Shown here piece by piece: positions 36,934 to 47,305 of a DNA stretch of 64,000 nt. The notes beneath the pieces are model-generated. The model was not told the DNA's origin and did no database searches. It was given only the letters and a program-made list of their open reading frames with translations. The position numbers and the translations under genes were made by a program. Position 1 is the stretch's first letter, and every line of letters starts with the position of its first letter. The stretch comes from an uncultured Spirochaetota bacterium (GTDB taxonomy: Bacteria > Spirochaetota > Brevinematia > Brevinematales > JAOACQ01): contig CAVYGN010000002.1 in NCBI GenBank assembly GCA_963768055.1, positions 1,280,001 through 1,344,000 of the forward strand. Direction: 5' to 3'.

Positions 36934-39192
36934 ATGGTTAAAGCAAAGAAAAGGTTGACGATAGGCTTGCAGATCAATAACCTGATTCATGATTATCCAA
37001 AACCGATCTTCAAGGGTGTTTCCGATATGGCGGAAGAACTCGATGTCAATTTAATCGTTTTCAGGGGCGAGTCTCCGAATACTCCTTCAGGGTACGGTTA
37101 TCAATGCAATATAGTTTACGACCTTATTCATCCCAATTACATAGATGCGCTGATTATAACTTCCGGTACAATCTGCAATTTTATTTCGCTGAAAGAATTC
37201 AAAGCCTTTATTTCCAGATTCAAGCCGATACCGCTTGTAAGTATTTCGATTCCGATCCCCGGAGTACCGAGCTTACTGATCGATAACGCGAAAGGCATCA
37301 GAGAATCGGTAAAACACCTGGTTAAATACCACAAAAGAAAGAAAATAGCCTTTCTCAAGGGGCCGAAATCAAACCCGGAAGCGATAATAAGGTACAAGGC
37401 GTTCTGCGATGAATTGGATAACTGCAGCCTGGGAGTCGATGAAAAACTGGTATATTGCGGGAATTGGTCAGAATGGTCGGGAAAAGACGCGATCATAGAA
37501 TTTCTTGATAAAAGGAAGGTGGAATTTGACGCCCTGATCTCCTCCAACGACGATATGGCGATAGGGGCAATGAAGGAACTCACTTCAAGGGGCATCGAAC
37601 TGCCTTACCAGATATCTATTATGGGATTCGACGATATTCAGGATTGTGAATATTCGATCCCTGCGCTCTCGACAGTCAAGCAGCCTTTATACCAGCAGGG
37701 CAGGCTTGCAATGAAATGCGCTTATGATTTACTTCAAGGGAAAAAAGTCCCGGATAGGATAGTTCTCCCCACGAAACCGGTCCTTCGGACCTCCTGCGGC
37801 TGTATCGACCTTTTATTCAAGAAAACAAATGGAAAGTGCGTAAACATCGAAGCCGACATAAACGAAATCATTATAATGTCAGACGACCTTGTGCCTGTAA
37901 AGCAGGAGATCTTTGATATAGTTAAAAAACTTATAGATATTTCTACAAAAAAGTCGAAACCCGATCATGATGAAACGTTGAAATATATATCCAGGACAAT
38001 TACCTCACAGCTAAAAACCGGGAAAGATATTACGATCTGGAAATCCATCTTTAATGTTTTAAACTCATATATAGCAGGCACGAATTCGCCGTGTAAAAGC
38101 GCTGTAAAAAAGATTATTGAAGATTCCCTTATTATTGTCAGGGAGCTGTTTTACAGCAGGGAAGTCTCTAACAGGATAACGGTTGAAAGATCTATTATCA
38201 ATACCAGGACATCCGTTCTTGAAATAACTGCAGCGATTTCAACCGAGGAATTGTGCAACAAGATAATTGAAAATGTTAAGGTATTCGGCCTCAAGGGCTG
38301 TTATATTTTCAATTTCGACAGGATCTATGAGCATAAGAAAAATATGGTATGGAAAATGCCTGAAAAAGTAATGCTCTTCCTTGCATACAATGAGAAAATC
38401 AACCTGAACGTAAATACGGCGAAAGATTATTATTTTTCCCCGTACGAATTCATACCAAAAAAGCTATACGATTCTTCTAAAAGTCATATATTCCTTGTCT
38501 CTCCGAATTATTATTTACTGGATCAGTACGGATATATAATTTACGACATGAGCATAAAAGACGGATACGTTTATGATTTTATAACTATGGCGATAAGCAG
38601 CACATTAAGGAGCGTGCTCCTGCTGATGGAAAGAAAAGCGGCGGAAATGAAGCTGAGAAAGGTCCTGTCTGAACTTGAGAGTTCCAACCAGAAACTGGCC
38701 AGCCTCTCAGAAACCGATGAATTAACCGGTTTATTTAATCGGAGGGGCTTTATCCGTTTCGCCAATCAGCAGATTTCTCTGGCGCGCCAGATACAGCAGA
38801 ACGGGATTTTGCTTTATATAGATATGGATGGCTTGAAGAAAATAAACGACAAGTATGGGCATGATGCGGGAGACGCCGCCCTTAAATTAGCCGCGGAAAT
38901 ATTCAAAATTGTTTTCAGGAAAATGGATATTATAGGCCGTATCGGCGGCGACGAATTTGTCGTATTCATGATAAATACCGACGAATATACGATGAAAATC
39001 ATACTCAAAAGGTTATATAATATTATAAATGACAAAAACAAATCCGCCGATAAGGTTTTCAACCTGTCGCTGACTGTCGGAGAAACCTTGTTCAACTATG
39101 AGGAGGATATTTCAATATTCGACCTGATGGAAAGGGCGGACAGGGCAATGTACGACATGAAAAAGGAAAAGGCAACCGGGGAAAACCGTTAA
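36934..39192 (+). CDS. Diguanylate cyclase with N-terminal LacI-type sugar-binding domain
   Basis: DN..G, SNDDMAIG, GFDD, LSTVKQP in the N-terminus; TDELTGLFNRRG and GRIGGDEF in the C-terminus. Confidence 0.93.
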   Translation: MVKAKKRLTIGLQINNLIHDYPKPIFKGVSDMAEELDVNLIVFRGESPNTPSGYGYQCNIVYDLIHPNYIDALIITSGTICNFISLKEFKAFISRFKPIPLVSISIPIPGVPSLLIDNAKGIRESVKHLVKYHKRKKIAFLKGPKSNPEAIIRYKAFCDELDNCSLGVDEKLVYCGNWSEWSGKDAIIEFLDKRKVEFDALISSNDDMAIGAMKELTSRGIELPYQISIMGFDDIQDCEYSIPALSTVKQPLYQQGRLAMKCAYDLLQGKKVPDRIVLPTKPVLRTSCGCIDLLFKKTNGKCVNIEADINEIIIMSDDLVPVKQEIFDIVKKLIDISTKKSKPDHDETLKYISRTITSQLKTGKDITIWKSIFNVLNSYIAGTNSPCKSAVKKIIEDSLIIVRELFYSREVSNRITVERSIINTRTSVLEITAAISTEELCNKIIENVKVFGLKGCYIFNFDRIYEHKKNMVWKMPEKVMLFLAYNEKINLNVNTAKDYYFSPYEFIPKKLYDSSKSHIFLVSPNYYLLDQYGYIIYDMSIKDGYVYDFITMAISSTLRSVLLLMERKAAEMKLRKVLSELESSNQKLASLSETDELTGLFNRRGFIRFANQQISLARQIQQNGILLYIDMDGLKKINDKYGHDAGDAALKLAAEIFKIVFRKMDIIGRIGGDEFVVFMINTDEYTMKIILKRLYNIINDKNKSADKVFNLSLTVGETLFNYEEDISIFDLMERADRAMYDMKKEKATGENR

Positions 39193-39304
39193 AAAAATAT
39201 ATTCAAAGTCGAACCTCTCCCTGTACACGAATACCGCTCCTCTTTGACTTTCAAGAATTACTGATTTATAATTTTTTTTCTTTGAACATACAGGGGTCGT
39301 TTTA

Positions 39305-41050
39305 ATGGAAAATGCTCTTTTTATAATATTTCTTTTTTCCTGTATTTCACTATCCGGCGCTCAGAGCTTCATGGATGTTCAGGATATAAAACCGGGAATG
39401 AAGGGTTACGGGCTTACGGTATTCAGGGGCTGGGAACCCGAAAAGTTCGGGGTGGAAATAATAGATGTAATGAAAAATTCGAACCCGAAAGGCGATATAA
39501 TCCTGGCCAGGCTGTCGGGCCCCGATGTAGAAAAGAGCGGAGTCATCGCAGGCATGAGCGGAAGTCCGGTATATATAGGGGGAAAGCTCTTAGGGGCCGT
39601 AGCTTATACCTGGACTTATACGAAGGAGCCGATTTGCGGCATTACCCCGATAAAGCAGATGATTGCCGAAAAGTACAGCACCGGCAGCGGTAATTTAAAA
39701 ACCGCTTCCTCCGGGCCTTTGAATTTCAAGAAAATAGGGACCCCTGTTTTTTTGAACGGATTCACGGGTGAAGGCGAGGCCTTTGTCAGAAAGGTTTTCG
39801 AAGATAAAACCGGCGGCGGAGGCGAAGAGTTCTTTGTCATGAATACAGGAGATGCCCTGAAAGCCCCTGAAAATGACGGGACTATGAACTTAAAGGCCGG
39901 GGATTCCGTTGCCGTCAACCTTGTCGACGGGGATTACCATGTCGAGGGTATAGGGACAGTAACCTATGTATCGAATGACGATATTTATTTATTCGGTCAT
40001 CCTATGGACCTTTCGGGCATGGTCTCGCTGCCTATCTCGCGTTCATATATTTATACTGTTGTCCCTTCAAGCTATTTTTCCTTTAAACTCGGGACTTCGT
40101 CTGACCCTCTCGGCGCAGCGATATATGACGGCCAGAACGGAGTTTATTGCATAAGAGGCGCTGATATACATATGGTACCGGTAAGCGTGGATATTGGCAG
40201 GGATGGAAATGTCTATCATTATAGCTTCAGGGTCGCGGACAGCAGGTATTATTTCCCCGCGTTATGTTCAGGGGCAGTTTCTTCATCCCTTCTTAACCAT
40301 GCAGGCTATCTTGACGATAAAATGCTTAACCTGAGATATACTGTAGATATGGATTACAAAGGAAAGCATTACCAGGCAAAAAACATATTTAATTATGCTT
40401 TTAATCCGGCTTATTTAAGCGTATATGGAATGATCTCGGATCTGAATGGGCTTTTCGCCGCATTTTATGATAATAATATAGGTGAAATAAAACTTTCGGG
40501 GATCAGCATCGGAATTGATATAATGAAGGGTATTGATTATTATATAGTGGACAATTTGACTGTGGATAAAAGCTATTATAGACCGGGGGAAGTTATCCGC
40601 TGCAGGGTCATGTTAAAAAAATACGGGTCTAAATACGAGCAAAAGGATTTCGAGCTTAAGATACCAATAGAAACAAAGGCAGGGCAGTACTGGCTCCTGG
40701 CCGGGAGCGAACCGTTTTTTTACAACGAAGCGGCGAAGATGTTTCCTAAATATTATACCGTTAACAACATAGATGATCTTATAAGCCTTGTAGAACAGAA
40801 GCAGGATATAACCCGTCTTATCGCGGGTTTTATTTACGCCAGGCAGGGAGTCATGGTCAAAGATAAAAGATTGGAAAACTTCCCGGAGAATTACCGGTTT
40901 TTATTCGGGTTTAACAAACCATGGGATAAGGCAAATACAATGTTGTTTCCCGGATGGGTAAGGGACGATATCCCCGTGGAAAAAGCTGTTTTCGGTATTT
41001 TAAAAATAAGCGTCAACATTGCTGAGAAGCAATCTTTAAATCCGGAGTGA
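39305..41050 (+). CDS. SpoIVB peptidase S55 domain protein
   Basis: IKPGMKGYGLTVF.G, GVIAGMSGSPVY..GKL.GAVAY, GTVTY, FGHP. Confidence 0.88.
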   Translation: MENALFIIFLFSCISLSGAQSFMDVQDIKPGMKGYGLTVFRGWEPEKFGVEIIDVMKNSNPKGDIILARLSGPDVEKSGVIAGMSGSPVYIGGKLLGAVAYTWTYTKEPICGITPIKQMIAEKYSTGSGNLKTASSGPLNFKKIGTPVFLNGFTGEGEAFVRKVFEDKTGGGGEEFFVMNTGDALKAPENDGTMNLKAGDSVAVNLVDGDYHVEGIGTVTYVSNDDIYLFGHPMDLSGMVSLPISRSYIYTVVPSSYFSFKLGTSSDPLGAAIYDGQNGVYCIRGADIHMVPVSVDIGRDGNVYHYSFRVADSRYYFPALCSGAVSSSLLNHAGYLDDKMLNLRYTVDMDYKGKHYQAKNIFNYAFNPAYLSVYGMISDLNGLFAAFYDNNIGEIKLSGISIGIDIMKGIDYYIVDNLTVDKSYYRPGEVIRCRVMLKKYGSKYEQKDFELKIPIETKAGQYWLLAGSEPFFYNEAAKMFPKYYTVNNIDDLISLVEQKQDITRLIAGFIYARQGVMVKDKRLENFPENYRFLFGFNKPWDKANTMLFPGWVRDDIPVEKAVFGILKISVNIAEKQSLNPE

Positions 41051-41053
41051 TTT

Positions 41054-41650
41054 ATGCAATCTAGCGATAAATTCTGGACGATCCCCAATGTTCTGACAAT
41101 GATGCGCATAATTCTTGTAGTTCCTATCGTCCAGCAGATGCGCATAAATACGCTGGAATCGAGTTTTATAGCTTTTATTCTTTTCATGATAGCTTTCCTG
41201 ACCGATTTCTTAGACGGTTTCCTGGCTAGGGCCCTGAAATCGGTCAGCAAGATCGGCCAGTTCATCGATCCCATGGGCGACAAGATCCTTACTGTAACGG
41301 TATCCGCGCTCCTTTATTTCAGCCACAAGACGCACTTTTATTTTTTCCTGCTTATACTCCTGAGAGATCTGGTGATTTCGATGGGCGCTATATACGCCCT
41401 CAATTCTAAGAAAAAGCTGGTTCAACCCCTGCTCAGCGGTAAGATAACCACTTTTATTCTCGGAATTATCCTTGCTCTGTATCTTTTAAAAGATTCATTC
41501 GCTCCCAGCCAGACCGATTTCTACCTGGTTTTGAATACAATAGTGACTTACGGCACCATGCTGACTTCATTAATGCTAATCGTGTCGGGGCTTAATTACG
41601 CGGTTAATTATTACAGAGGATTTCTTGTCCAGAAGTCCGTCGTCAAATAA
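41054..41650 (+). CDS. pgsA: CDP-alcohol phosphatidyltransferase (PgsA-like)
   Basis: TIPNVLT..RI; TDFLDGFLAR...SKIGQFIDPMGDK. Confidence 0.85.
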   Translation: MQSSDKFWTIPNVLTMMRIILVVPIVQQMRINTLESSFIAFILFMIAFLTDFLDGFLARALKSVSKIGQFIDPMGDKILTVTVSALLYFSHKTHFYFFLLILLRDLVISMGAIYALNSKKKLVQPLLSGKITTFILGIILALYLLKDSFAPSQTDFYLVLNTIVTYGTMLTSLMLIVSGLNYAVNYYRGFLVQKSVVK

Positions 41651-41665
41651 AATTACAGGGTTTTT

Positions 41666-42895
41666 ATGAAATATGTCGTGTTTCTGATCGATGGAATGGC
41701 CGATTATCCTCTGGATGAATTGGGGGGGAAAACTCCTCTCGAAGCAGCCCGGACGCCGAATATCGATAAAATGGCGAAAAAAGCGGCCTTCGGTACTTTT
41801 TTATCTCTTCCGGATCAATATCCGACATCGTCTGATGTGGCGAATATGTCCATTCTCGGATGGGATTTATCGAAATATTACAGCGGCAGGGGTGCGATCG
41901 AAAGCTACGGCATGGGCGTACCCCTGGGTCCCGATACTGTCGCTTTCAGGCTGAACCTGGTTACAGTTAAAGACGGAATTCTTACAGATTATTCGGCCGG
42001 TCATATTGAAAATCCTGAATCTGAGCAAATAATTGCGGACCTTGACCGGCATTTCGGAAGTGACAAAATTGAATTCAGGAGCGGTATAAGTTATCGTAAC
42101 CTTCTTTATCTGAATGGGGGGGAATTCAGCCCTGATGTTTTTTACGAAAAACCCGATTCATCCTATGGCAAAGAATGGGAAAAGCTTCTTCCCAGGCCGA
42201 AAACGGCGTCCGGCGAACTGACCTCGAATACCCTGGTGAAATTAATTTATTCAACACGGGAATTCTTAACTGACCACCCGGTGAATATTAAAAGGATGCA
42301 CGAGGGGAAAAATCCGGCAAACCTGATCTGGCCTTGGTCCGGCGGTAAAAGACCGGATATGCCCTCTTTCAAAGAAATGTACGGTCTTGAGGGGGGCATA
42401 ATTTCGGCCGTGGACGTGATCCTCGGAGTTGGAAGGATTGGAAAGATGGAAACTGTAAGGCCCGCGGGTGCCACGGGGTTTATTGATACGAATTATGAAA
42501 ATAAAGCGGTCGCCGCGGTAGGTCTCCTTGAAAATAAGGATTTCGTCTATGTGCATATCGAAGCAGCGGACGAATGTTCCCATCTGGGAGACCTGGAAAA
42601 CAAAATAAAAGTAATAGAGGACTGCGACAGGCGTTTGATCGGGGCTTTTTTCGAAGAGTTCGGAAAACGGATCGGAGGCGTCCCAATCCGCGCGGCTGTA
42701 ATACCAGACCATCCGGTCCCTATAAAGCTTCGTGAACACACCAGGGATGAAGTTCCTTTTATTATTTCAGGAGAAGGAGTTACTCCGGATCCCTCCATTA
42801 CTAAATACTGCGAGAGAGAGTGTCTTAAGGGAAAATTTGTCCACCTGAAGGGAAGGGAGTTTATGGAACTTCTCTTCAGTGAAAAAATCGATTAG
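41666..42895 (+). CDS. apgM: Cofactor-independent phosphoglycerate mutase (archaeal-type)
   Basis: DGMAD...GKTPLEAA.TPN, SDVAN.SILG, HIEAADECSHLG, PDHPVP...HT. Confidence 0.9.
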   Translation: MKYVVFLIDGMADYPLDELGGKTPLEAARTPNIDKMAKKAAFGTFLSLPDQYPTSSDVANMSILGWDLSKYYSGRGAIESYGMGVPLGPDTVAFRLNLVTVKDGILTDYSAGHIENPESEQIIADLDRHFGSDKIEFRSGISYRNLLYLNGGEFSPDVFYEKPDSSYGKEWEKLLPRPKTASGELTSNTLVKLIYSTREFLTDHPVNIKRMHEGKNPANLIWPWSGGKRPDMPSFKEMYGLEGGIISAVDVILGVGRIGKMETVRPAGATGFIDTNYENKAVAAVGLLENKDFVYVHIEAADECSHLGDLENKIKVIEDCDRRLIGAFFEEFGKRIGGVPIRAAVIPDHPVPIKLREHTRDEVPFIISGEGVTPDPSITKYCERECLKGKFVHLKGREFMELLFSEKID

Positions 42896-42904
42896 GGGAT
42901 ATCA

Positions 42905-43699
42905 ATGTTTAATTTACAGAAATATCTTGAATTCACATTTTCCTGCGCTTCTAAAGCGGGAGAAATAATAAAAAAGGGTTTTTACGCTGAAAAAAATGTA
43001 ATCTTTAAAAGTTTCGCGAACCCTGTAACAGAATACGACAGGTCTTCGGAGGAATTGATCGCCGGAATGATCGAAAAAAAATTTCCCTCCCATTCGATTC
43101 TTACTGAAGAAGGCCTTTCAAGCCAGAAAGATGTTTCTATTAAATGGATTATCGATCCGCTCGACGGCACGATAAATTTTACTCATCGTATACCTTTTGT
43201 AAGCGTTTCCATCGGACTTGAAATTGACGGTGAAATCGCCCTTGGAGTCGTTTATAATCCTATGCTTTCAGAATGGTTCTGGGCTGTAAAAGGCGGTGGT
43301 TCGTTTTTCAATAAAAAGAGGGTGAGGGTTTCGGATGTAAAAGATCCCGGACGGGCGCTTATTGTAACAGGGTTTCCATATGAATCCGAGGGCAGGGTAG
43401 ATTTTCTTTTGAAACCCCTTGCAGAGATCAGCCGGAAATTCACCGGTTTCAGAAGGCTGGGATCGGCCTCCATCGATATGTGCTATGTGGCGAGGGGAAG
43501 TTTCGAAGCTTTTTACGAGGAAAATCTAAAACCCTGGGATACTGCAGCAGGAAAGATCATCGTAGAGGAAGCGGGCGGTACTTTGTCCGATTATTCGGGT
43601 GAACAATATGACATTTATAAGAAAACAATAATTGCAGACAACGGGCTCATTCATAGCCCAGTCCTTGATCTGGTAAAAGACGTCACTATACCCGGCTAA
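42905..43699 (+). CDS. suhB: Inositol monophosphatase family protein
   Basis: WIIDPLDGTINF, RRLGSAS.D, PWDTAAG. Confidence 0.9.
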   Translation: MFNLQKYLEFTFSCASKAGEIIKKGFYAEKNVIFKSFANPVTEYDRSSEELIAGMIEKKFPSHSILTEEGLSSQKDVSIKWIIDPLDGTINFTHRIPFVSVSIGLEIDGEIALGVVYNPMLSEWFWAVKGGGSFFNKKRVRVSDVKDPGRALIVTGFPYESEGRVDFLLKPLAEISRKFTGFRRLGSASIDMCYVARGSFEAFYEENLKPWDTAAGKIIVEEAGGTLSDYSGEQYDIYKKTIIADNGLIHSPVLDLVKDVTIPG

Positions 43700-43782
43700 T
43701 TGAAGCCACACATAAGCAGATTAAGCCGTGTTACCCATTCTGTGGAATCAACTGGTTCCGATCCTGTAATATCTTGAAATTG

Positions 43783-43896
43783 TATCAATATTGATATATT
43801 ATTATTGATATAGTTTAAGTTTTCCAACCAGCAATCTTTAACGGAGCCCCGCTGCTATGAATGAAATCACTCTGAATCAATGGTATGAAATTTGCA
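43783..43896 (+). promoter_or_regulatory. Sigma54 promoter with upstream palindrome
   Basis: TGGTAT-N5-TTGCA at 43881-43896 (GG-N10-GC); perfect palindrome TATCAATATTGATA at 43783-43796. Confidence 0.65.
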
Positions 43897-43921
43897 TTCA
43901 TAAATAAAAAAGGGAGCTTAT

Positions 43922-44455
43922 ATGCATGGTATCGGTGCCCAATTTACCGAGTCGATCAAAATTATTTTAACCGTGCTGGGAATTGTTAGCGCGTATCCGG
44001 AAGTATCCAGCGATAATTTCTTCGTTTACAGGAGCCTTAAAAACTCTACTGTTATAAACGGCCAATTCCGATGCGGTAATCTGATCAACACCTCTCTTGA
44101 AGGAATTATAGATAGCGGGATATCGGTAAATATAATTTATGATGTGAAAACAGAGACGGCTGGAAGCTTGATTTATAAAGATACCCTTATCGAACATATC
44201 CATTATAACGGGACGAATTATTTTTTAAATGAAAAAGGTCCTTTTTCTTTCAGTATTATGACTAACATTCTTTCGGTAAAAGAATTCGTGTTTCTTACAA
44301 ACGCGGATACCTATGCCGGACTCGATCTTGAAACCGAGGTGAAGATCCTTTTAAACTGCGATATGGCCCCGGAGATCGTGAATTTATGGGGAAACAGGCC
44401 AAGAGTGGTCTTGAATTATAATTTTACTTCCTCCAGGCAAAAGGATAAAAAATGA
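43922..44455 (+). CDS. Exported hypothetical protein (DUF4390-like position and features)
   Basis: First gene of the HK-RR operon; L...I.SGI.V.I.Y.V segment; ATGA-type overlap with next gene. Confidence 0.55.
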   Translation: MHGIGAQFTESIKIILTVLGIVSAYPEVSSDNFFVYRSLKNSTVINGQFRCGNLINTSLEGIIDSGISVNIIYDVKTETAGSLIYKDTLIEHIHYNGTNYFLNEKGPFSFSIMTNILSVKEFVFLTNADTYAGLDLETEVKILLNCDMAPEIVNLWGNRPRVVLNYNFTSSRQKDKK

Positions 44456-45528
44456 AAATACATTTTATAATAATTTTTATTGCCGCGATGGTTTTTATAC
44501 TGTTGACTTCCCTCCTAGCAAGCTATACTATTATTTCAAATACCCAGAAGGCGTTTGAAAATGAACTTGTATCGATATCGAAATCATCAGCGCAAAGCGC
44601 CGAGGTGCAGCAGAGGGTGTCGCTTTTCAAGGCCTTTTCCGAAAGCCGGGCAATTGATATCACACGCTCAGTTCTGGGAATATTTTTCTTTGAAGCTGTC
44701 GTCATGTCGCTCCTGTATATCTTTTTTATTTTCGGGGTAACCAAACCTATCGGCAAATTATCAAGCGCTGTAAAATATTTTTATTTCGGGGGGAGTGCTA
44801 ACGAACTTTTATTAAAAGAAACCGGGACTGAAGAGATCAGAATTCTTATCAGGACGTTTAACGAAATGGTTATCAAACTCAAGAATTATGAAAAAATCCT
44901 TGGCAACATCCAGAAATACAGGGGCTGGAAGGAAATTTCAAAGATCATCGTTCATGAGATCAATAACATCATCTCTCCTGTCCAGACTTATATGGAATTC
45001 CTGATCGACAAGGTGAATGAAAAGGATAAAGTATTATTTATTCTTGATAAACTCAATGATATGAGGCTTATTTTAATGAAGTTCAGGGAAATATCGCATT
45101 TTCCCGATGCGAATCTGGAGGACAGGAATGTCATTCCCATTATTGAAGAGGTTTGCAGGGAATTTAAAAACGCGAAACTCGTAAGCATAGGGGAAGAGCC
45201 CTTTGTTTTGAAAATCGATACCGTCCTGTTCAAGGAAACGATAAGGAATATAATAAAAAACGGCATAGAGGCCGGGGAAGAATCGATTGTCGATGTAATG
45301 TTGAAAAAAGATGGTAATAAAAAATCCATCATTATCAGGGATACAGGATGCGGAATGAGCTCCGAAACCATAAAAAAGATATTCGAACCCGGGTATTCGA
45401 CAAAAAAGGGCAATATCGGGATAGGCCTTTCCATAGTAAAGAGCCTCACCCAGGAGCAGAATGCCCAGATAGAGGTCGAAAGCGGATTAAACAAGGGGAC
45501 TACGTTCCAGCTGTTATTCCAGGAGTGA
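44452..45528 (+). CDS. HAMP sensor histidine kinase (NtrY-like)
   Basis: 2 TM, HAMP, W.EI.K.IVHEINN, N.IKN..EA, DTGCG, FEPGYSTK, GIGLSI. Confidence 0.92.
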   Translation: MKIHFIIIFIAAMVFILLTSLLASYTIISNTQKAFENELVSISKSSAQSAEVQQRVSLFKAFSESRAIDITRSVLGIFFFEAVVMSLLYIFFIFGVTKPIGKLSSAVKYFYFGGSANELLLKETGTEEIRILIRTFNEMVIKLKNYEKILGNIQKYRGWKEISKIIVHEINNIISPVQTYMEFLIDKVNEKDKVLFILDKLNDMRLILMKFREISHFPDANLEDRNVIPIIEEVCREFKNAKLVSIGEEPFVLKIDTVLFKETIRNIIKNGIEAGEESIVDVMLKKDGNKKSIIIRDTGCGMSSETIKKIFEPGYSTKKGNIGIGLSIVKSLTQEQNAQIEVESGLNKGTTFQLLFQE

Positions 45529-45558
45529 TACTTTCTATTATTTAATAAAGGCGGTATT

Positions 45559-46896
45559 ATGAAATTGCTTATTGTAGACGACAACGAAGATGTAATTTCA
45601 AGTTTAAAAGGCGTATTCGGAGAATATGATATAGTAGGGGCGGATTCAATAAAAAATGCGAAAAAGATACTGGCTCTGGATAGCGATTCAATCGATATAG
45701 CAGTCATAGATATGAAGCTCGGGGATGAGGATGGGATAGAGCTCCTGAATGATATAAAACTGAGGTTTCCATTCATCGAGTGTGTAATGATATCGGGTTA
45801 TTCCAGTGTTGAAAAAGCTGTACTTTCTATAAAAATGGGAGCCTTTGACTTCGTTGAGAAGCCGATATCCTATCAAAAAATGAAGGTGGTTATCAATAAT
45901 GCGATAGAACATAAAATGTTTTCTACTCTTTTAAAAAAAGAAATGGAAAGGTATAAAATCATAGGGGAATCAAGCGCTGTCAAAAAGATGAACGATTTGA
46001 TAGAAAAGGCTTCCCAGATCGATTTTCCCGTGCTTATTACCGGGGAAAGCGGGGTAGGCAAGGAGCATGTCGCCCATCTGATACACCTGAAGAGTAAACG
46101 AGGAAAAAATGAAATGATAAAGCAGAATTGTGCGGCTATCCCGGAAAATCTGTTTGAAAGCGAACTATTCGGGCATGAAAAAGGTGCTTTCACCGGCGCG
46201 GCTTCGGCAAGAAAAGGAAAACTGGAGCTTGCCAGCCTGGGCACTCTCTTCCTTGACGAAGTCGGAGATATGCCGCTTTCACAGCAGGCTAAACTTTTAA
46301 GGGTCCTGGAGGACAGGGAGATCACGCGTGTCGGGGGAGAATCTAAAATCAAGGTCGATTTCAGGCTTATCTGCGCGACCAACAGGAATCTGAAAGAAGC
46401 GGTTGACGAGAATAAATTCAGGGAGGATTTTTTTTACAGGATCGGGGTACTTGTTATCAATATACCGCCCCTCAGGGATAGGAAAGACGATATTAAAATT
46501 CTTGCCGACCATTTTTTAAAACAGGCCTGCATTGAAAATGGGTCCATTATGAAGACTATAAACAGCGAAGCTATGACGCTCATCTGCGAAATCCCCCTGA
46601 AGGGAAACATCAGGGAACTGAAGAATCTCATACAGAGGCTCTTCGCTTTTTCCGAGGTTGAAACAATACGCCCTGAGGATGTAAAGAATATCATGGTTTC
46701 ACAGAACAGGAACGGCGGCGACGCGATATTTCAAAAAACAATGAACTACAGTGAGGCGAAAAAACTCCTGGAAAAAAAATATATAATTACCCAGCTCTCT
46801 CTCAACAACAACAATGTCTCCCGCACAGCTATCCGTCTCGGCATATTGCCAAATAATCTTCTTAGAAAAATGAAAGACCTGGAAATCGTGCTGTGA
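45559..46896 (+). CDS. Sigma54-dependent response regulator (NtrC/NtrX-like)
   Basis: Receiver domain; GESGVGKE, ESELFGHEKGAFTGA, FLDEVGD, GNIRELKN; Fis HTH. Confidence 0.95.
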   Translation: MKLLIVDDNEDVISSLKGVFGEYDIVGADSIKNAKKILALDSDSIDIAVIDMKLGDEDGIELLNDIKLRFPFIECVMISGYSSVEKAVLSIKMGAFDFVEKPISYQKMKVVINNAIEHKMFSTLLKKEMERYKIIGESSAVKKMNDLIEKASQIDFPVLITGESGVGKEHVAHLIHLKSKRGKNEMIKQNCAAIPENLFESELFGHEKGAFTGAASARKGKLELASLGTLFLDEVGDMPLSQQAKLLRVLEDREITRVGGESKIKVDFRLICATNRNLKEAVDENKFREDFFYRIGVLVINIPPLRDRKDDIKILADHFLKQACIENGSIMKTINSEAMTLICEIPLKGNIRELKNLIQRLFAFSEVETIRPEDVKNIMVSQNRNGGDAIFQKTMNYSEAKKLLEKKYIITQLSLNNNNVSRTAIRLGILPNNLLRKMKDLEIVL

Positions 46897-46900
46897 GCCG

Positions 46901-47167
46901 TTCAAAACAACATCCAGCTTTTATGGAGTCAATATTTATCTCGCTGGATTCGAAAACTTGAACTGCATCATCTCAAAAAGGCGGCAAGCGTTTGATTGAA
47001 TACTTTTTTAAGTTAAGAATTTTTTTATTATCTACAAGAATTGGTTAAATGTTATAAATGATCTTGGGTGAAACGCTTGCTTCGCTTTTTTTCGATGGCA
47101 GTTCTACGTTTTCTTCATAAATGCGGGATAAAAATTGACTCCATAAACAACTACATATTGTTTTGAA
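46901..47167. repeat. Long nested-hairpin intergenic element, copy 2
   Basis: Arms ttcaaaacaa/ttgttttgaa; tttatggagtcaatatttatctcgc/gcgggataaaaattgactccataaa; gaactgc/gcagttc; aaaaaggcggcaagcgttt/aaacgcttgcttcgctttttt. Confidence 0.85.
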
Positions 47168-47190
47168 TCCGGCGGAAAGGTTAGGAGACT

Positions 47191-47236
47191 TGTCATTTCG
47201 AGCCCCTCAACGAAATGTTCGGCGACGAGAAATCTT
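47191..47236 (+). repeat. REP-like short repeat GTC(A/G)TTTCGAG...CGAGAAATCT
   Basis: Second copy at 51755-51786. Confidence 0.55.
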
Positions 47237-47305
47237 CCCATATCTTTTGCCAAAAACCCTCTCCTATGATAGAATTATCGCGAATTTTTATTCCGGGACG
47301 GTTTT

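Noticed and set aside
44988..45776. 262-aa - strand ORF
   Set aside because: Antisense shadow of the kinase and regulator genes
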